Shown here piece by piece: positions 21,288 to 31,326 of a stretch of DNA of 64,000 bases. Both the position numbers and the translations under genes were made by a program. This DNA comes from Sphingobacteriales bacterium (GTDB lineage Bacteria; Bacteroidota; Bacteroidia; Sphingobacteriales; Sphingobacteriaceae). The first letter of the stretch is position 1, and each line of letters opens with the position of its first letter. The notes under the pieces were generated by a model. The model did no database searches. It had not been told where the DNA came from and saw only the letters and a program-made list of their open reading frames with translations. The stretch covers positions 12,670-76,669 of the forward strand of contig REAS01000042.1 in assembly GCA_004294495.1 (NCBI GenBank), written 5' to 3'.

Positions 21288-21295
21288 CAAATATA
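21288..21295 (-). promoter_or_regulatory. Bacteroidota-type -7 promoter element (TATATTTG) for metK
   Basis: The minus strand reads TATATTTG, matching the TAnnTTTG consensus. It sits about 140 nt upstream of the metK ATG, which implies a long leader. Confidence 0.35.
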
Positions 21296-21358
21296 TAAAT
21301 AACATTTTTTATTTTATCGAAAAATTACAATTACTTTGTAAACCATTATAAAACCAAG

Positions 21359-22231
21359 TTGAAAAAGAAAATAGTATTTATTGTAAACCCAATTTCGGGG
21401 GGTAGAAGCAAGATTTTTATACCCGCTTTAATTGATAAATATTTGAACCATAATACGTTTGATGCCAATATTGTGTTCACTGAAAGGGTTGGACACGCAT
21501 TTATTTTAGCTAAAGAAGCGTTGGCTCAAAATGCCGATGTGGTTATTTCGGTAGGTGGTGATGGTACAATAAACGAGGTTGCATCGGCAATGGTGTTAAG
21601 TGGTAAAACAATGGGAATTGTGCCTTGTGGATCGGGAAATGGATTGGCTCGTACTTTGAAAATACCCCTTAACCATATTAAAGCAATTGAGCGTATAAAT
21701 AAATTAGAAACTATTTATATAGATAGCGGCGTTTTAAACGATAAAAAGTTTTTTAATATGGCAGGTTTAGGTTTTGATGCCCATATAAGTGCCCTTTTTG
21801 CAAAAGATAAAACCAGAGGATTAAAGGGGTATATAAAATCAACTTTTACCCAAATTACACACTATAAACCCCAAAATTACCGCCTAGAAATTGATGATAA
21901 AATTATTGAAGAGGAGGCTTTTATGCTTAGTATTGCCAACTCATCTCAATACGGAAATAATGTGCATATATCGCCAACTGCTTTGGTAAACGATGGTTTA
22001 TTTGACGTTTGCTTGGTTAAACGTTTCCCTCTGTATAGTTTTCCTAATTTAGGCTTGCGAATGTTATTAAAAACAATTCAACACTCTAGTTATGTAACTA
22101 TTATAAAGGCGAAGCAGGTTAAAATTACCCGAGAAAAAGCCGGCCCGGTACATTTAGATGGCGAGCCACTTTTTATGCCTAAAGAAATTTCCGTAAGTAT
22201 AAACCCATTAAGCCTAAAATTAATTGTTTAA
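21359..22231 (+). CDS. diacylglycerol/lipid kinase (YegS/BmrU family)
   Basis: 290 aa, TTG start, with VNPISGG, GGDGTINEV and PCGSGNGLAR. Confidence 0.85.
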   Translation: MKKKIVFIVNPISGGRSKIFIPALIDKYLNHNTFDANIVFTERVGHAFILAKEALAQNADVVISVGGDGTINEVASAMVLSGKTMGIVPCGSGNGLARTLKIPLNHIKAIERINKLETIYIDSGVLNDKKFFNMAGLGFDAHISALFAKDKTRGLKGYIKSTFTQITHYKPQNYRLEIDDKIIEEEAFMLSIANSSQYGNNVHISPTALVNDGLFDVCLVKRFPLYSFPNLGLRMLLKTIQHSSYVTIIKAKQVKITREKAGPVHLDGEPLFMPKEISVSINPLSLKLIV

Positions 22232-22249
22232 TAAAATACTTTATAAATT

Positions 22250-23626
22250 TTGAAAAAAATAATCCTCATTTCCTCAATACTTTTTTTTAGTTATTTTAAC
22301 TTAAATGCCCAAATAAATGTTTATTACCCCGATATTAATGATTGGGTGCGAAAAAACTTTGGCAGCCAAGGTGTAATTTTAGGCAATATTACTCACAAAG
22401 GTAATGATGACGCTATTGGCAGTTTTACCAGTACACCCAATGTTTTAAAAATTAGCAATGGTTTACTTATTTCAACCGGTGAAGCTGTTGGTGCAATTGG
22501 CCCAAACGATAGGTACAATGTGAGTAAAGATTTTGAGGAATCTAAAGAGTTTGATAAAGATTTAAAAGTATTAGAAAAGGGGGATTTATACGATTTAGGT
22601 TTAATTGAGTTTGATTTTGTATCGTTTCAAAATAGCATTAAATTTAACTATCAATTTGGGTCGGATGAATATCCAGAATACGTAGGCTCATCGTTTAACG
22701 ATATTTTTGCATTTTTTGTTTCGGACGGAAAAGTTACAAAAAACATAGCTGTTGTACCAGGCAAAACTCTGCCCGTAAGTGTTAATACCATAAATAACAA
22801 ATTTGAAACAAAGCTATTTATAAACAACAATGTTTTTGTTACAGATGTTAATAAAGTAATTGTACCAAATTTACCTAACACAAATTCTGTTAAAGTGCCT
22901 AAAAAAATATGGAAAGGCATTAAAGGTGTTTTTGCAAAGCCAAACACCGATGGCAAAAATGAATACGAACCTGATGAAGAACTATTGAAAACTGTAAACG
23001 AAGATTTATACCATTTTTTGCAATACGATGGTATAACCCAAAAGTTAACCGCACAAATGTTTGTGGAACCCTACAAGCGCTATCATTTAAAAATTGTTAT
23101 AGCCGATGTTGATGATAATGTGTACGACTCGGCAGTGTTTTTAGAAACCCGAAGCTTTACCGCTGCAAAAGACACTAAACAACTAGGCTTTAAAGATTAC
23201 CCAGATTACAGCAAAATTATAGACCCACAAAAAATTTTAAATGGTCAGTTATTAGAAGATATTCTTCCCCAACAAGTAGAAATACCTAATACCAATATTT
23301 ATTTTGATTTTGATAAAATTGAGATAAGGCCAAGCGAAATGGAGAAAGTAAAATTATTAACCAATACCTACGATAAAATAAAAGAAAATTACCGTATAGA
23401 AATATCGGGCAATACCGATAGCATTGGCACTTACGATTATAATTATAATCTTTCTAAAACAAGGTGCGTAGCCGTTATTAATGTGATTAAAAAAGCAATA
23501 CCTAATTTTAAGTTTGATAACGTAGAGTATAAATCGTACACCGAACCTTACTCAAATAACATCACCGAAGAGGGGCGTAAATTAAACCGTAGAGTTAGTA
23601 TTAAATTTATAAGAATTAAAAATTAA
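22250..23626 (+). CDS. OmpA-family protein with N-terminal choice-of-anchor-L-like domain
   Basis: 458 aa with a signal peptide. Has a GLLISTGEA segment and a C-terminal OmpA/MotB peptidoglycan-binding pattern (FDFDK..IRP, GNTDSIGT..YN..LS..R, NRRVSIKF). Confidence 0.7.
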   Translation: MKKIILISSILFFSYFNLNAQINVYYPDINDWVRKNFGSQGVILGNITHKGNDDAIGSFTSTPNVLKISNGLLISTGEAVGAIGPNDRYNVSKDFEESKEFDKDLKVLEKGDLYDLGLIEFDFVSFQNSIKFNYQFGSDEYPEYVGSSFNDIFAFFVSDGKVTKNIAVVPGKTLPVSVNTINNKFETKLFINNNVFVTDVNKVIVPNLPNTNSVKVPKKIWKGIKGVFAKPNTDGKNEYEPDEELLKTVNEDLYHFLQYDGITQKLTAQMFVEPYKRYHLKIVIADVDDNVYDSAVFLETRSFTAAKDTKQLGFKDYPDYSKIIDPQKILNGQLLEDILPQQVEIPNTNIYFDFDKIEIRPSEMEKVKLLTNTYDKIKENYRIEISGNTDSIGTYDYNYNLSKTRCVAVINVIKKAIPNFKFDNVEYKSYTEPYSNNITEEGRKLNRRVSIKFIRIKN

Positions 23627-23640
23627 TCTATAAAATAAAT

Positions 23641-24087
23641 TTAAGCAAAACTTACTGTATTCATTTTTACAGATAAGGCTTCAAAATTAACGGTGTTACC
23701 ACTTAACCAATTTAAAAACGAAAACATGCCATCATCTTTACTAGGTGCTTGTTTGGTAACCGAAATAAAATTATTCATTACGTTGGGTATTAATTTATCG
23801 GCAATGTTTTTTGCATCATCCATATTAATACTGTAATATCTGTTTAAACGGTTAGCGTATTTTTTGGATATTATTGAGATTAAAAAACTGTTTTCGATGC
23901 CCGAAGTTTGAAAAAATTTTATTAATTCTTTAAGTTTTCCGCTTTCTAGTTGCGCTTTTAACACATCAACAATAGTCCCCGATGCATCATTTATTGCTGC
24001 GGTTTTAAATTTTGTAGGTACAACCGAATTTTGATTTATAACATTTACTGCGTTTTTGGTAACTGTTTGGTGTAAATTGTAAAACAT
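23641..24087 (-). CDS. hypothetical protein
   Basis: 148-aa ORF. No motif recognised. Confidence 0.4.
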   Translation of the reverse strand: MFYNLHQTVTKNAVNVINQNSVVPTKFKTAAINDASGTIVDVLKAQLESGKLKELIKFFQTSGIENSFLISIISKKYANRLNRYYSINMDDAKNIADKLIPNVMNNFISVTKQAPSKDDGMFSFLNWLSGNTVNFEALSVKMNTVSFA

Positions 24088-24288
24088 ATATTTAGGTTTA
24101 AATTATTTGAATAAATTTAATAATAACTAATTTTAATTGCAATAATCACAACAAATTTATGTTTTAATTTAAAATTATAAAGTAAACTATAAAGATTAAT
24201 GCTAATTTACAATTCAACAACAAAATTAGTTCAAGTATTCTATCTATACAATAAAAGAGCCAAAAAAAATCAAAAGCAAAAAAATTGT

Positions 24289-24328
24289 GGAAATAAAAAT
24301 CCCTGCCAAAGGGAAAATGTGGGCAGGG
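24289..24328 (-). terminator. rho-independent terminator after asd
   Basis: On the minus strand: CCCTGCC-14 nt-GGCAGGG followed by ATTTTTATTT, 20 nt downstream of the asd stop. Confidence 0.7.
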
Positions 24329-24348
24329 ATTAAATTTGTGAAATATTA

Positions 24349-25341
24349 TTAACCAATTAAATTAACCGAAAGCAAATATTCGGCAATTTGTACAGCATTG
24401 GTTGCTGCACCTTTACGTAAATTATCGGCAACGCACCACATGTTTAAGGTTTTAGGTTGTGAAAAATCACGTCGAATACGTCCAACAAAAACTTCATCTT
24501 TTTCGTGAGCGTCCATAGGCATTGGGTATTTTGCGTTTGCAGGATCATCAACAACTATAATACCACTTTGGGCAGTAAGTAAACTAGTAACTTCGGCTAA
24601 GTCAAAATCGTTTTCAAACTCAATATTCAATGATTCGGAGTGACCCCCCATAACAGGTATGCGTACCGTGGTTGCGGTAACCTGTATACTGTCATCGCCC
24701 ATAATTTTTTTGGTTTCCAAAATCATTTTCATCTCTTCTTTGGTATAACCATTGTCGGTAAAAATATCAATTTGCGGAATAACATTTAAATCAATAGGGT
24801 AAGCATAAGCCATTTCGCCCACAATACCTTTACGCTCGTTCATCAATTGTTCTACCGCTTTTACACCTGTACCCGTAACCGATTGGTAGGTTGATACTAC
24901 CACACGTTTAATTTTAAAAGCATCGTGAAGAGGTTTTAAAGCTACCACCATTTGTATAGTACTACAATTTGGGTTAGCAATAATTTTGTCTTCTTTGGTT
25001 AATACCGATGCATTAACTTCGGGCACTACTAATTTTTTTGTAGGATCCATACGCCAAGCCGATGAATTATCTATAACTGTTGTGCCAACAGCTGCAAATT
25101 TTGGTGCCTCAATTGTTGATGTTGACCCACCTGCCGAAAACAATGCCACATCTGGCGCCATTGCAATAGCTTCATCTATAGTTACAACCTTGTACTTTTT
25201 CCCTTTAAAATCAATTTCTTTACCCTTGCTTCTTTCCGATGCAACAGGTATTAACTCGGTAACTGGGAAATTGCGCTCTGCCAAAACTTTTAACATTACC
25301 GTACCCACAAGGCCGGTTGCGCCTACAACTGCAACTTTCAT
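24349..25341 (-). CDS. asd: aspartate-semialdehyde dehydrogenase
   Basis: 330 aa with VAVVGATGLVG, NPNCSTI and QSVTGTG/SGAG-type motifs. Confidence 0.95.
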   Translation of the reverse strand: MKVAVVGATGLVGTVMLKVLAERNFPVTELIPVASERSKGKEIDFKGKKYKVVTIDEAIAMAPDVALFSAGGSTSTIEAPKFAAVGTTVIDNSSAWRMDPTKKLVVPEVNASVLTKEDKIIANPNCSTIQMVVALKPLHDAFKIKRVVVSTYQSVTGTGVKAVEQLMNERKGIVGEMAYAYPIDLNVIPQIDIFTDNGYTKEEMKMILETKKIMGDDSIQVTATTVRIPVMGGHSESLNIEFENDFDLAEVTSLLTAQSGIIVVDDPANAKYPMPMDAHEKDEVFVGRIRRDFSQPKTLNMWCVADNLRKGAATNAVQIAEYLLSVNLIG

Positions 25342-25406
25342 TTATTATTATTTTAATATTAATTTATTATTGTTTTAGTATTTTTAGAAAATATTATGGT
25401 ACAAAT

Positions 25407-28400
25407 ATGAGAAAGTTTTTAGTTTTTTTGATTTTTTTAGGAGTTAATTGTGCCTATGCACAACTAAACGATAATTTTACTGATGGGAATTTTACCAATA
25501 ATCCAACATGGCAGGGCGATGTTGCCGATTTTACTGTAAACGCTACCAACCAGTTACAAACCGTAGTTAATACTGCCGCTAAAACAGTGAACCTAAATAC
25601 TGCCAATACTATTGCGACTAACGCTAAATGGAATTTTTTTGTTAAAATGGCGTTCGACCCATCAAGCAGTAACCAATTAAGGGTTTATTTAACAGCTGAT
25701 AATGCTGATTTTAATGCCCCATTAAATGGATATTATTTGCTAATTGGCGAAAGTGGTGCAACAGATTCGTACGATTTGTTTAAACAAACCGGAACAACAT
25801 CAGTTAAAATTATTGATGGCGCAGCAAAAACAAGAACCAACATTAACGAAGTAATTGCAAATATAGAAATTACCCGTACCAGTAATGGTTTATGGGATTT
25901 AAAAACCGATAATACTGGAGGTACAAACTATACATCGGAGGGCACAGTTACCGATAATAACTTTACTACATCGGCATTTTTTGGTGTACAGTGTAAATAT
26001 ACCGCAACCCGCTCAAACTTGTTTTATTTCGATGATTTTTTAGTAACTACTTTGGCTAACGATGTTACTCCACCAACACTGTCTGATTTATTGGTAGTAA
26101 ATGAAAGCAAAATACAACTTACATTTAACGAAGCATTGGGTGTAACCGAAGCATCAAACATCAACAACTATAAAATTACACCGGGTAATATTTTACCTAA
26201 AACAGCAACTGTAAATGGCGCAATAATAACTCTAGATTATGCAAACCCAATAATTACAGGTAATTATAGTTTAAACATTGCCAATATAAAAGATATAAAA
26301 GGTAACACTATTACTGCACCTATTAACAAAGCGTTTTCGCTAGCCGATGTTACCCCACCCACTTTAAATACTTTAACTTTAATAGGTAATAACAAAATAG
26401 AATTGGTTTTTAACGAAGCCCTTGGCCTTACAGAAGCATCAAACTTAAATAATTATAAAATTGCACCTAACAATATATTACCAAAAACAGTTACTGTAAA
26501 CGGTGCATTAGTTACTTTAGATTATGCAACAGCTTTTAGTACAGGTAATTTTACCTTAAATATTACCAATATAAAAGATGCAACAGGCAACGCTATTTTA
26601 CTTCCTATAAGCAAACTATTTACCGTAAGCGATATTACGCCGCCCACTTTATCTAATTTTATTTTGGTAGGAGATAATAAAATAGAACTTACTTTTAACG
26701 AAGCCGTAGGTGATACCGAAGCATCAAACATCAATAACTATAAAATTACACCAGGCAACATCCTACCCAAAACAGCCACTGTAAATGGGGCAGTAGTTAC
26801 ATTAGATTATGCTACGGGCTTTAATACCGGAAATTATAGTTTAAGTATAATAAACATAAAAGATACTAAAGGCAATACCATAACACAACCTATAAGCTCT
26901 GCCTTTAACTACATTAAGCCATATATTACCAAGGTAAATGATATTGTTATTAATGAAATTTTTGCAGATCCGTCTCCAATAATTGGTTTGCCCGATGCCG
27001 AATTTATAGAATTTTGGAACACAACTGCTTTGGAAATTCCCTTAAAAGGATTTAAATACGGTACCCTAACATCAACCTATACTTTTGATAAAGAAACTAT
27101 AAAGCCAAACGAATATTTAATTTTATGTGCCCGAGCTGATACCAGTTCTTTTAAACCTTATGGACGAACTTTTGGCATTACCTTCCCTACTTTAACAAAT
27201 GGCGGCAGTCAACTAAAATTAGTAAACCCTTTAGGCACTATTATAAGCAGCGTAAGTTATAACGATACTTGGTATAAAGACGCAGTTAAAAAAGATGGTG
27301 GGTATAGTTTAGAGTTGATAGACCAAGCATCGGTTTGTAAACCATCGCAAAACTATAGTGCAAGCAATAGTGCAACTGGTGGCACACCTGGGAAAGTAAA
27401 TTCAATATATTTAAGCAATAAAACTAGCACTCCGTTATTATTAAACAGTGCGATTTTAAAAGATGAACTTACCATAACTTTAACTTTTAACCGAGGCTTA
27501 GATAGTTTACAGGCAAGTGTTATGACTAATTATTTGGTAAACAACGGCGTAGGAAACCCCATATATGTAAATGTATTTGCACCGGATTTTTCTACCGTAG
27601 ATTTAGTATTTAGCCAAGCTTTAACCAAAAACCGTACTTATACTGTTAACGTAAAAAATCTGACCGATTGTGGTGCAACTAGCATAACTGGCCCAGATGT
27701 AAGCTTTTTTTATCCTGGAGATATTGTTAAAAACGATGTTTTAATAAATGAAATACTTTACGACCCAAAAGGCGATGATGCCGATTTTATAGAGTTGTAC
27801 AACAATAGCGATAAGGTGTTAGATTTTAAAGATTTATTTATTACAACAGTAAATACAAAAAACGAATTAGGTAGTATAAAACAAATTAGTGCAACATCGG
27901 TAATATTTCAGCCAAAAAGTTACTGGGTTATCACACCAGATCCCGATAATATTAAATTATTATACACTGCCCAAAAACCAAATAATTTTGTAAAACTTAC
28001 GGGTATGGCTGCTTTTGTAAATACGGAGGGTAAAGTGGTAATTTTAAATAAAGCTAACCAAACTATAGATTCGTTAAGTTATAACGATAAAATGCACTTT
28101 GCCTTGCTAAAAGAAACAGAAGGTGTAAGTTTAGAACGCAGCAGTTTTACTAATGCTACTAATGCTACGGGTAATTTTAAATCGGCTGCGGCAAGTGTTG
28201 GCTATGCTACCCCAACTTACAAAAATTCGCAAGCGGTAGAAAACATGGAAGCCACTGATGAAGTTTCTTTAGCAAGCGAAACATTTTCGCCAGATAATGA
28301 TGGTTTTGAAGATGTATTGCGCATACTATACAAATTTGATAAACCTAATTATGTTGCTAATGTAACTGTTTACAACAGCCAAGGTACTATTGTAAAAAAA

Positions 28401-28574
28401 CTAGTTAAAAACCAAACTCTTGCTACTGCTGGCGAATTACAGTGGGATGGCTTAGATGAAACTGGGGCTATGAAAGCTAAAACAGGTATTTATATTGTTT
28501 ATGTTGAACTTTATAATTTAGATGGCGATATTAAAAAGTTTAGAAAAACAGCCGTTTTGGCAAGTAAGTTTTAG
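25407..28574 (+). CDS. large secreted surface protein: N-terminal domain, 3 tandem Ig-like repeats, two lamin-tail domains, C-terminal FlgD-Ig/CHU_C-like sorting-type domain
   Basis: ORF 25317..28574. The start is chosen at the ATG at 25407 (MRKFLVFLIFLGVNCAYAQ, a signal peptide), because the longer ORF would overlap asd. LTD signatures are VINEIFADP..AEFIEFWN and LINEILYDPKGDDADFIELYNNS. The C-terminus is FSPDNDGFEDVL...IYIVYVELYN. Confidence 0.75.
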   Translation: MRKFLVFLIFLGVNCAYAQLNDNFTDGNFTNNPTWQGDVADFTVNATNQLQTVVNTAAKTVNLNTANTIATNAKWNFFVKMAFDPSSSNQLRVYLTADNADFNAPLNGYYLLIGESGATDSYDLFKQTGTTSVKIIDGAAKTRTNINEVIANIEITRTSNGLWDLKTDNTGGTNYTSEGTVTDNNFTTSAFFGVQCKYTATRSNLFYFDDFLVTTLANDVTPPTLSDLLVVNESKIQLTFNEALGVTEASNINNYKITPGNILPKTATVNGAIITLDYANPIITGNYSLNIANIKDIKGNTITAPINKAFSLADVTPPTLNTLTLIGNNKIELVFNEALGLTEASNLNNYKIAPNNILPKTVTVNGALVTLDYATAFSTGNFTLNITNIKDATGNAILLPISKLFTVSDITPPTLSNFILVGDNKIELTFNEAVGDTEASNINNYKITPGNILPKTATVNGAVVTLDYATGFNTGNYSLSIINIKDTKGNTITQPISSAFNYIKPYITKVNDIVINEIFADPSPIIGLPDAEFIEFWNTTALEIPLKGFKYGTLTSTYTFDKETIKPNEYLILCARADTSSFKPYGRTFGITFPTLTNGGSQLKLVNPLGTIISSVSYNDTWYKDAVKKDGGYSLELIDQASVCKPSQNYSASNSATGGTPGKVNSIYLSNKTSTPLLLNSAILKDELTITLTFNRGLDSLQASVMTNYLVNNGVGNPIYVNVFAPDFSTVDLVFSQALTKNRTYTVNVKNLTDCGATSITGPDVSFFYPGDIVKNDVLINEILYDPKGDDADFIELYNNSDKVLDFKDLFITTVNTKNELGSIKQISATSVIFQPKSYWVITPDPDNIKLLYTAQKPNNFVKLTGMAAFVNTEGKVVILNKANQTIDSLSYNDKMHFALLKETEGVSLERSSFTNATNATGNFKSAAASVGYATPTYKNSQAVENMEATDEVSLASETFSPDNDGFEDVLRILYKFDKPNYVANVTVYNSQGTIVKKLVKNQTLATAGELQWDGLDETGAMKAKTGIYIVYVELYNLDGDIKKFRKTAVLASKF
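26061..26915 (+). repeat. 3 x 285-bp in-frame tandem repeat inside the surface-protein gene
   Basis: Units start at 26061, 26346 and 26631, an exact 285-nt period. Each encodes D(V/I)TPPTL...NNYKI(T/A)P.NILPKT.TVNGA..TLDYA...TGN..L.I.NIKD..GN.I. Confidence 0.9.
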
Positions 28575-28732
28575 GGTGGGATTTTGATAGGATAAAAGTG
28601 TGGGTTATAAAACATAGTTGTAAAGTTTCACAACGTTGTTGATAATTTTAGTGCTTAAATTTTATTTTTTGTTTTTGAATTAAGTTGGGGTAATTTTAAA
28701 TAATTCACGATAACTTGCAACAATTTTTTAAA

Positions 28733-28907
28733 GCCAAAACGGTTTTAATTATCGCAGATAAGTTAAGTACCGTAAAAAATGCCGACCAAATTATTGTACC
28801 AAAATGGTACAGTTGCCGAAACAGGCAACCACCAGCAACTGGTAAAAAACAAAGCCGAGTATTTTAACTTTGTAAAAATCCAATTGGAATTTGGGAATTA
28901 TGGCTAA
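28733..28907 (+). pseudogene. ABC exporter ATPase, C-terminal remnant with frameshift
   Basis: Reads KTVLIIADKLSTVKNADQIIV then, after a frameshift near 28800, GTVAETGNHQQLVKNKAEYFNFVKIQLEFGNYG*. This is the extreme C-terminus of an ABC ATP-binding domain (..LIIAHRLSTV.NAD.I.V...G...E.G.H..L). No upstream body is present. Confidence 0.6.
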
Positions 28908-29014
28908 ACAACACCAACAAGAAAACAAAAAAAATAATTGCATTATCGGTGTAACCCAAATTTTGGTATCATTTCCCCACCAATTATTTATACATTTGAA
29001 AAAAGAAAAATCGT

Positions 29015-29251
29015 ATGGAAACTCAAAATATAAAATCGCTATTATACGAAAGCATTGCTAATATTGATGATGACAATTTTTTGCTTGCCGTTAAAGAAAT
29101 TATGGATAGAAAATATAACCTATCTGCCGAGCCAATACTATCGGCTTATCAAATAGAAAGACTAGAAAAATCTAAAGCGCAAATTAAAGAAGGCAAATTT
29201 TTAACCAACCAACAAGCCGATAGCTTGGTAGATAAATGGTTAAGCGAATAA
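29015..29251 (+). CDS. putative antitoxin of the ParE/RelE module
   Basis: 78-aa ORF overlapping the toxin start by 16 nt. Assignment is positional. Confidence 0.55.
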   Translation: METQNIKSLLYESIANIDDDNFLLAVKEIMDRKYNLSAEPILSAYQIERLEKSKAQIKEGKFLTNQQADSLVDKWLSE

Positions 29252-29535
29252 TTTGGTCGGCACAGGCCATAGCTGATAGGGTTTCGATTTTAGATTATTG
29301 GTATCAACGGATAGGGAATAAAAAATATAGCATTAATTTAGATAAATCGCTGAGAGAACTTATAAAAAAACTTTCCCAACACACCCAAATGGGTAGGCAA
29401 TTAAAAAACAGAGAAGAAAGATTTTTCGTGAAAGATAATTACATGATATTTTATTCTGACACAGAAATAACTATTGAAATCCTTCAAATTTGGGATACAC
29501 GCCGAAATCCAGATGAGTTGATTTTTGATTTGTAA
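29236..29535 (+). CDS. type II toxin, RelE/ParE family
   Basis: 99 aa. The pattern IIWSAQAIADRVSILDYW...R.FFVKDNYMIFY......IEILQIWDTRRNP is typical of ParE/RelE plasmid-stabilisation toxins. Confidence 0.8.
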   Translation: MVKRIIWSAQAIADRVSILDYWYQRIGNKKYSINLDKSLRELIKKLSQHTQMGRQLKNREERFFVKDNYMIFYSDTEITIEILQIWDTRRNPDELIFDL

Positions 29536-29632
29536 TTTGTTTCTACAGATTTATTTTTGGCATATTTAAAACAAATATTGTTTAAGTTTTAATAGTACTT
29601 TAAACTACCATAGCAGTATTTTAATTAATTTC

Positions 29633-29667
29633 ACAAAAAAAGCCATCCCTAAATTAAAGAGATGGCT
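29633..29667 (-). terminator. rho-independent terminator after ftsZ (end of the dcw operon)
   Basis: On the minus strand: AGCCATC-13 nt-GATGGCT followed by TTTTTTTGTG, 19 nt after the ftsZ stop. Confidence 0.7.
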
Positions 29668-29685
29668 TTATGTATTGCTTTAAAA

Positions 29686-31326
29686 TTAATCTACATTATC
29701 ATGTAAAAACGAATTATTGTTTCTAATTTCGGTTTGCCCATCTTCAAACGACACCGTAAATCGAGAGGCTTGCGGCTGAGATGAATGCTGCACCTCGTTC
29801 ATTTGCATTTGCTTACGTTTGTAGGCGGGTTCGTTTTCCATTTCTTGCAAACCATTGGAAGTACGTAATTTTAGACTTAAAGCCTTTAATCTTAAAATTC
29901 TTTCTCTAGATATACGTAATTGTTCTTCCATAGAGTCATCCGTTTTATGCGCATCTACATCTTCTAATTGCGGTTTTTCTATATACTCTACTTTTTGCGA
30001 AATTTCTTGCTGGGGAGGAGTTAAAAATTCTGATGCTGCAATTTTAACATCAAACTTTAAAGGTGAAGGTACTTCGCTTTCAAAGTTTTCTTCCTCTTTT
30101 TCATCCTCAATTAATTGATGTTTAATAACCTCATTGGTATTAACTAAAACATCGGGTAAAACGTGTATTCTATCTTTATAAGCAAGGCTTTGGCTAAATA
30201 AATCTACCTGAGTTTTGCTTTCCTTTTTTAGCAAGGGCTGTACTGCATCGGGTAATTTTATGGGTGAAATATTGCCGTTTATAAGTTGATTTATTGGTTT
30301 AATTAAAGGGGTTTCGGGTGTTAAATACTGTTTAATAGGCACATTTTGGCGAGTTTGTTCACGCTCTTCTTTGGTTTGGAAACCGGTTGCAATTATGGTT
30401 ACACAAACTTTTTCGCCAAGTTTCTCATCGGTGCAGTTACCCCAAATTAAATCGGCCGAAAGGCCAGCTTGTTCTTGTATAAAATCGGTAATGGTGGTTA
30501 ATTCATCCATTGTTACCTCATTTGCACCCGAGCTAATGTTTAGTAATATATACCTTGCGCCTTCTATTTCGTTATCTTTTAGTAAAGGTGATGATAGTGC
30601 CCCTTTTACAGCAACTAAAGCTCTGTCTTCGCCTTCGGCAGCAAAACTACCCATTATGGCAACACCACTATCTTTCATAACGGTATTAACGTCTTTAAAA
30701 TCTACGTTAATAATGCCAGGCAGTGTAATAATTTCGGCAATACCTTTTGCGGCTGTTGTTAAAATATCATCGGCTTGGCCAAATGCCGAACCTAAAGTTA
30801 GGTTACCAAAAATATCGCGAAGGCGATCGTTAGAAATTACTAAATAAGAATCTACATTTTGCTTTAATTCTTCTAACCCATCTTCGGCTTGCATTTTACG
30901 GCGTTTACCTTCGAAAGAGAAAGGAGTGGTTATAATAGCAACTGTTAAAATATCCATTTCGCGAGCGGCTTTTGCAATAATAGGACTTGCCCCAGTACCT
31001 GTGCCACCACCCATACCGGCAGTAATAAACAACATACGTGTGTTGCTGCCCAACATATCTTTAATATCGTCTATGTTTTCGATAGCCGAGTTTTTACCTA
31101 CTTCGGGTATTGAACCCGCACCCATACCCTCGGTTAAACTTGCGCCTAATTGTACTTTGTTGGGTATTGGGCTTAACTCTAAAGCTTGGGCATCGGTGTT
31201 ACAAATTATAAAATCAACACCGGCTATACCTTGCCTGTACATGTGGTTTACGGCATTGCCGCCACCACCACCTACACCAATTACTTTAATGATAGATGAT
31301 TTTTCTCTTAGCATTTCAAATTTCAT
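29686..31326 (-). CDS. ftsZ: cell division GTPase FtsZ with long C-terminal linker
   Basis: 546 aa with GVGGGGGNAVNHM, GMGGGTGTGASP and NVDFKDV. Confidence 0.95.
   Translation of the reverse strand: MKFEMLREKSSIIKVIGVGGGGGNAVNHMYRQGIAGVDFIICNTDAQALELSPIPNKVQLGASLTEGMGAGSIPEVGKNSAIENIDDIKDMLGSNTRMLFITAGMGGGTGTGASPIIAKAAREMDILTVAIITTPFSFEGKRRKMQAEDGLEELKQNVDSYLVISNDRLRDIFGNLTLGSAFGQADDILTTAAKGIAEIITLPGIINVDFKDVNTVMKDSGVAIMGSFAAEGEDRALVAVKGALSSPLLKDNEIEGARYILLNISSGANEVTMDELTTITDFIQEQAGLSADLIWGNCTDEKLGEKVCVTIIATGFQTKEEREQTRQNVPIKQYLTPETPLIKPINQLINGNISPIKLPDAVQPLLKKESKTQVDLFSQSLAYKDRIHVLPDVLVNTNEVIKHQLIEDEKEEENFESEVPSPLKFDVKIAASEFLTPPQQEISQKVEYIEKPQLEDVDAHKTDDSMEEQLRISRERILRLKALSLKLRTSNGLQEMENEPAYKRKQMQMNEVQHSSQPQASRFTVSFEDGQTEIRNNNSFLHDNVD

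Noticed and set aside
25317-25406. N-terminal extension of the large surface protein, overlapping the asd start
   Set aside because: The extension is AT-rich junk (MRLQLQLSFIIILILIYY..). A canonical signal peptide begins at the ATG at 25407.
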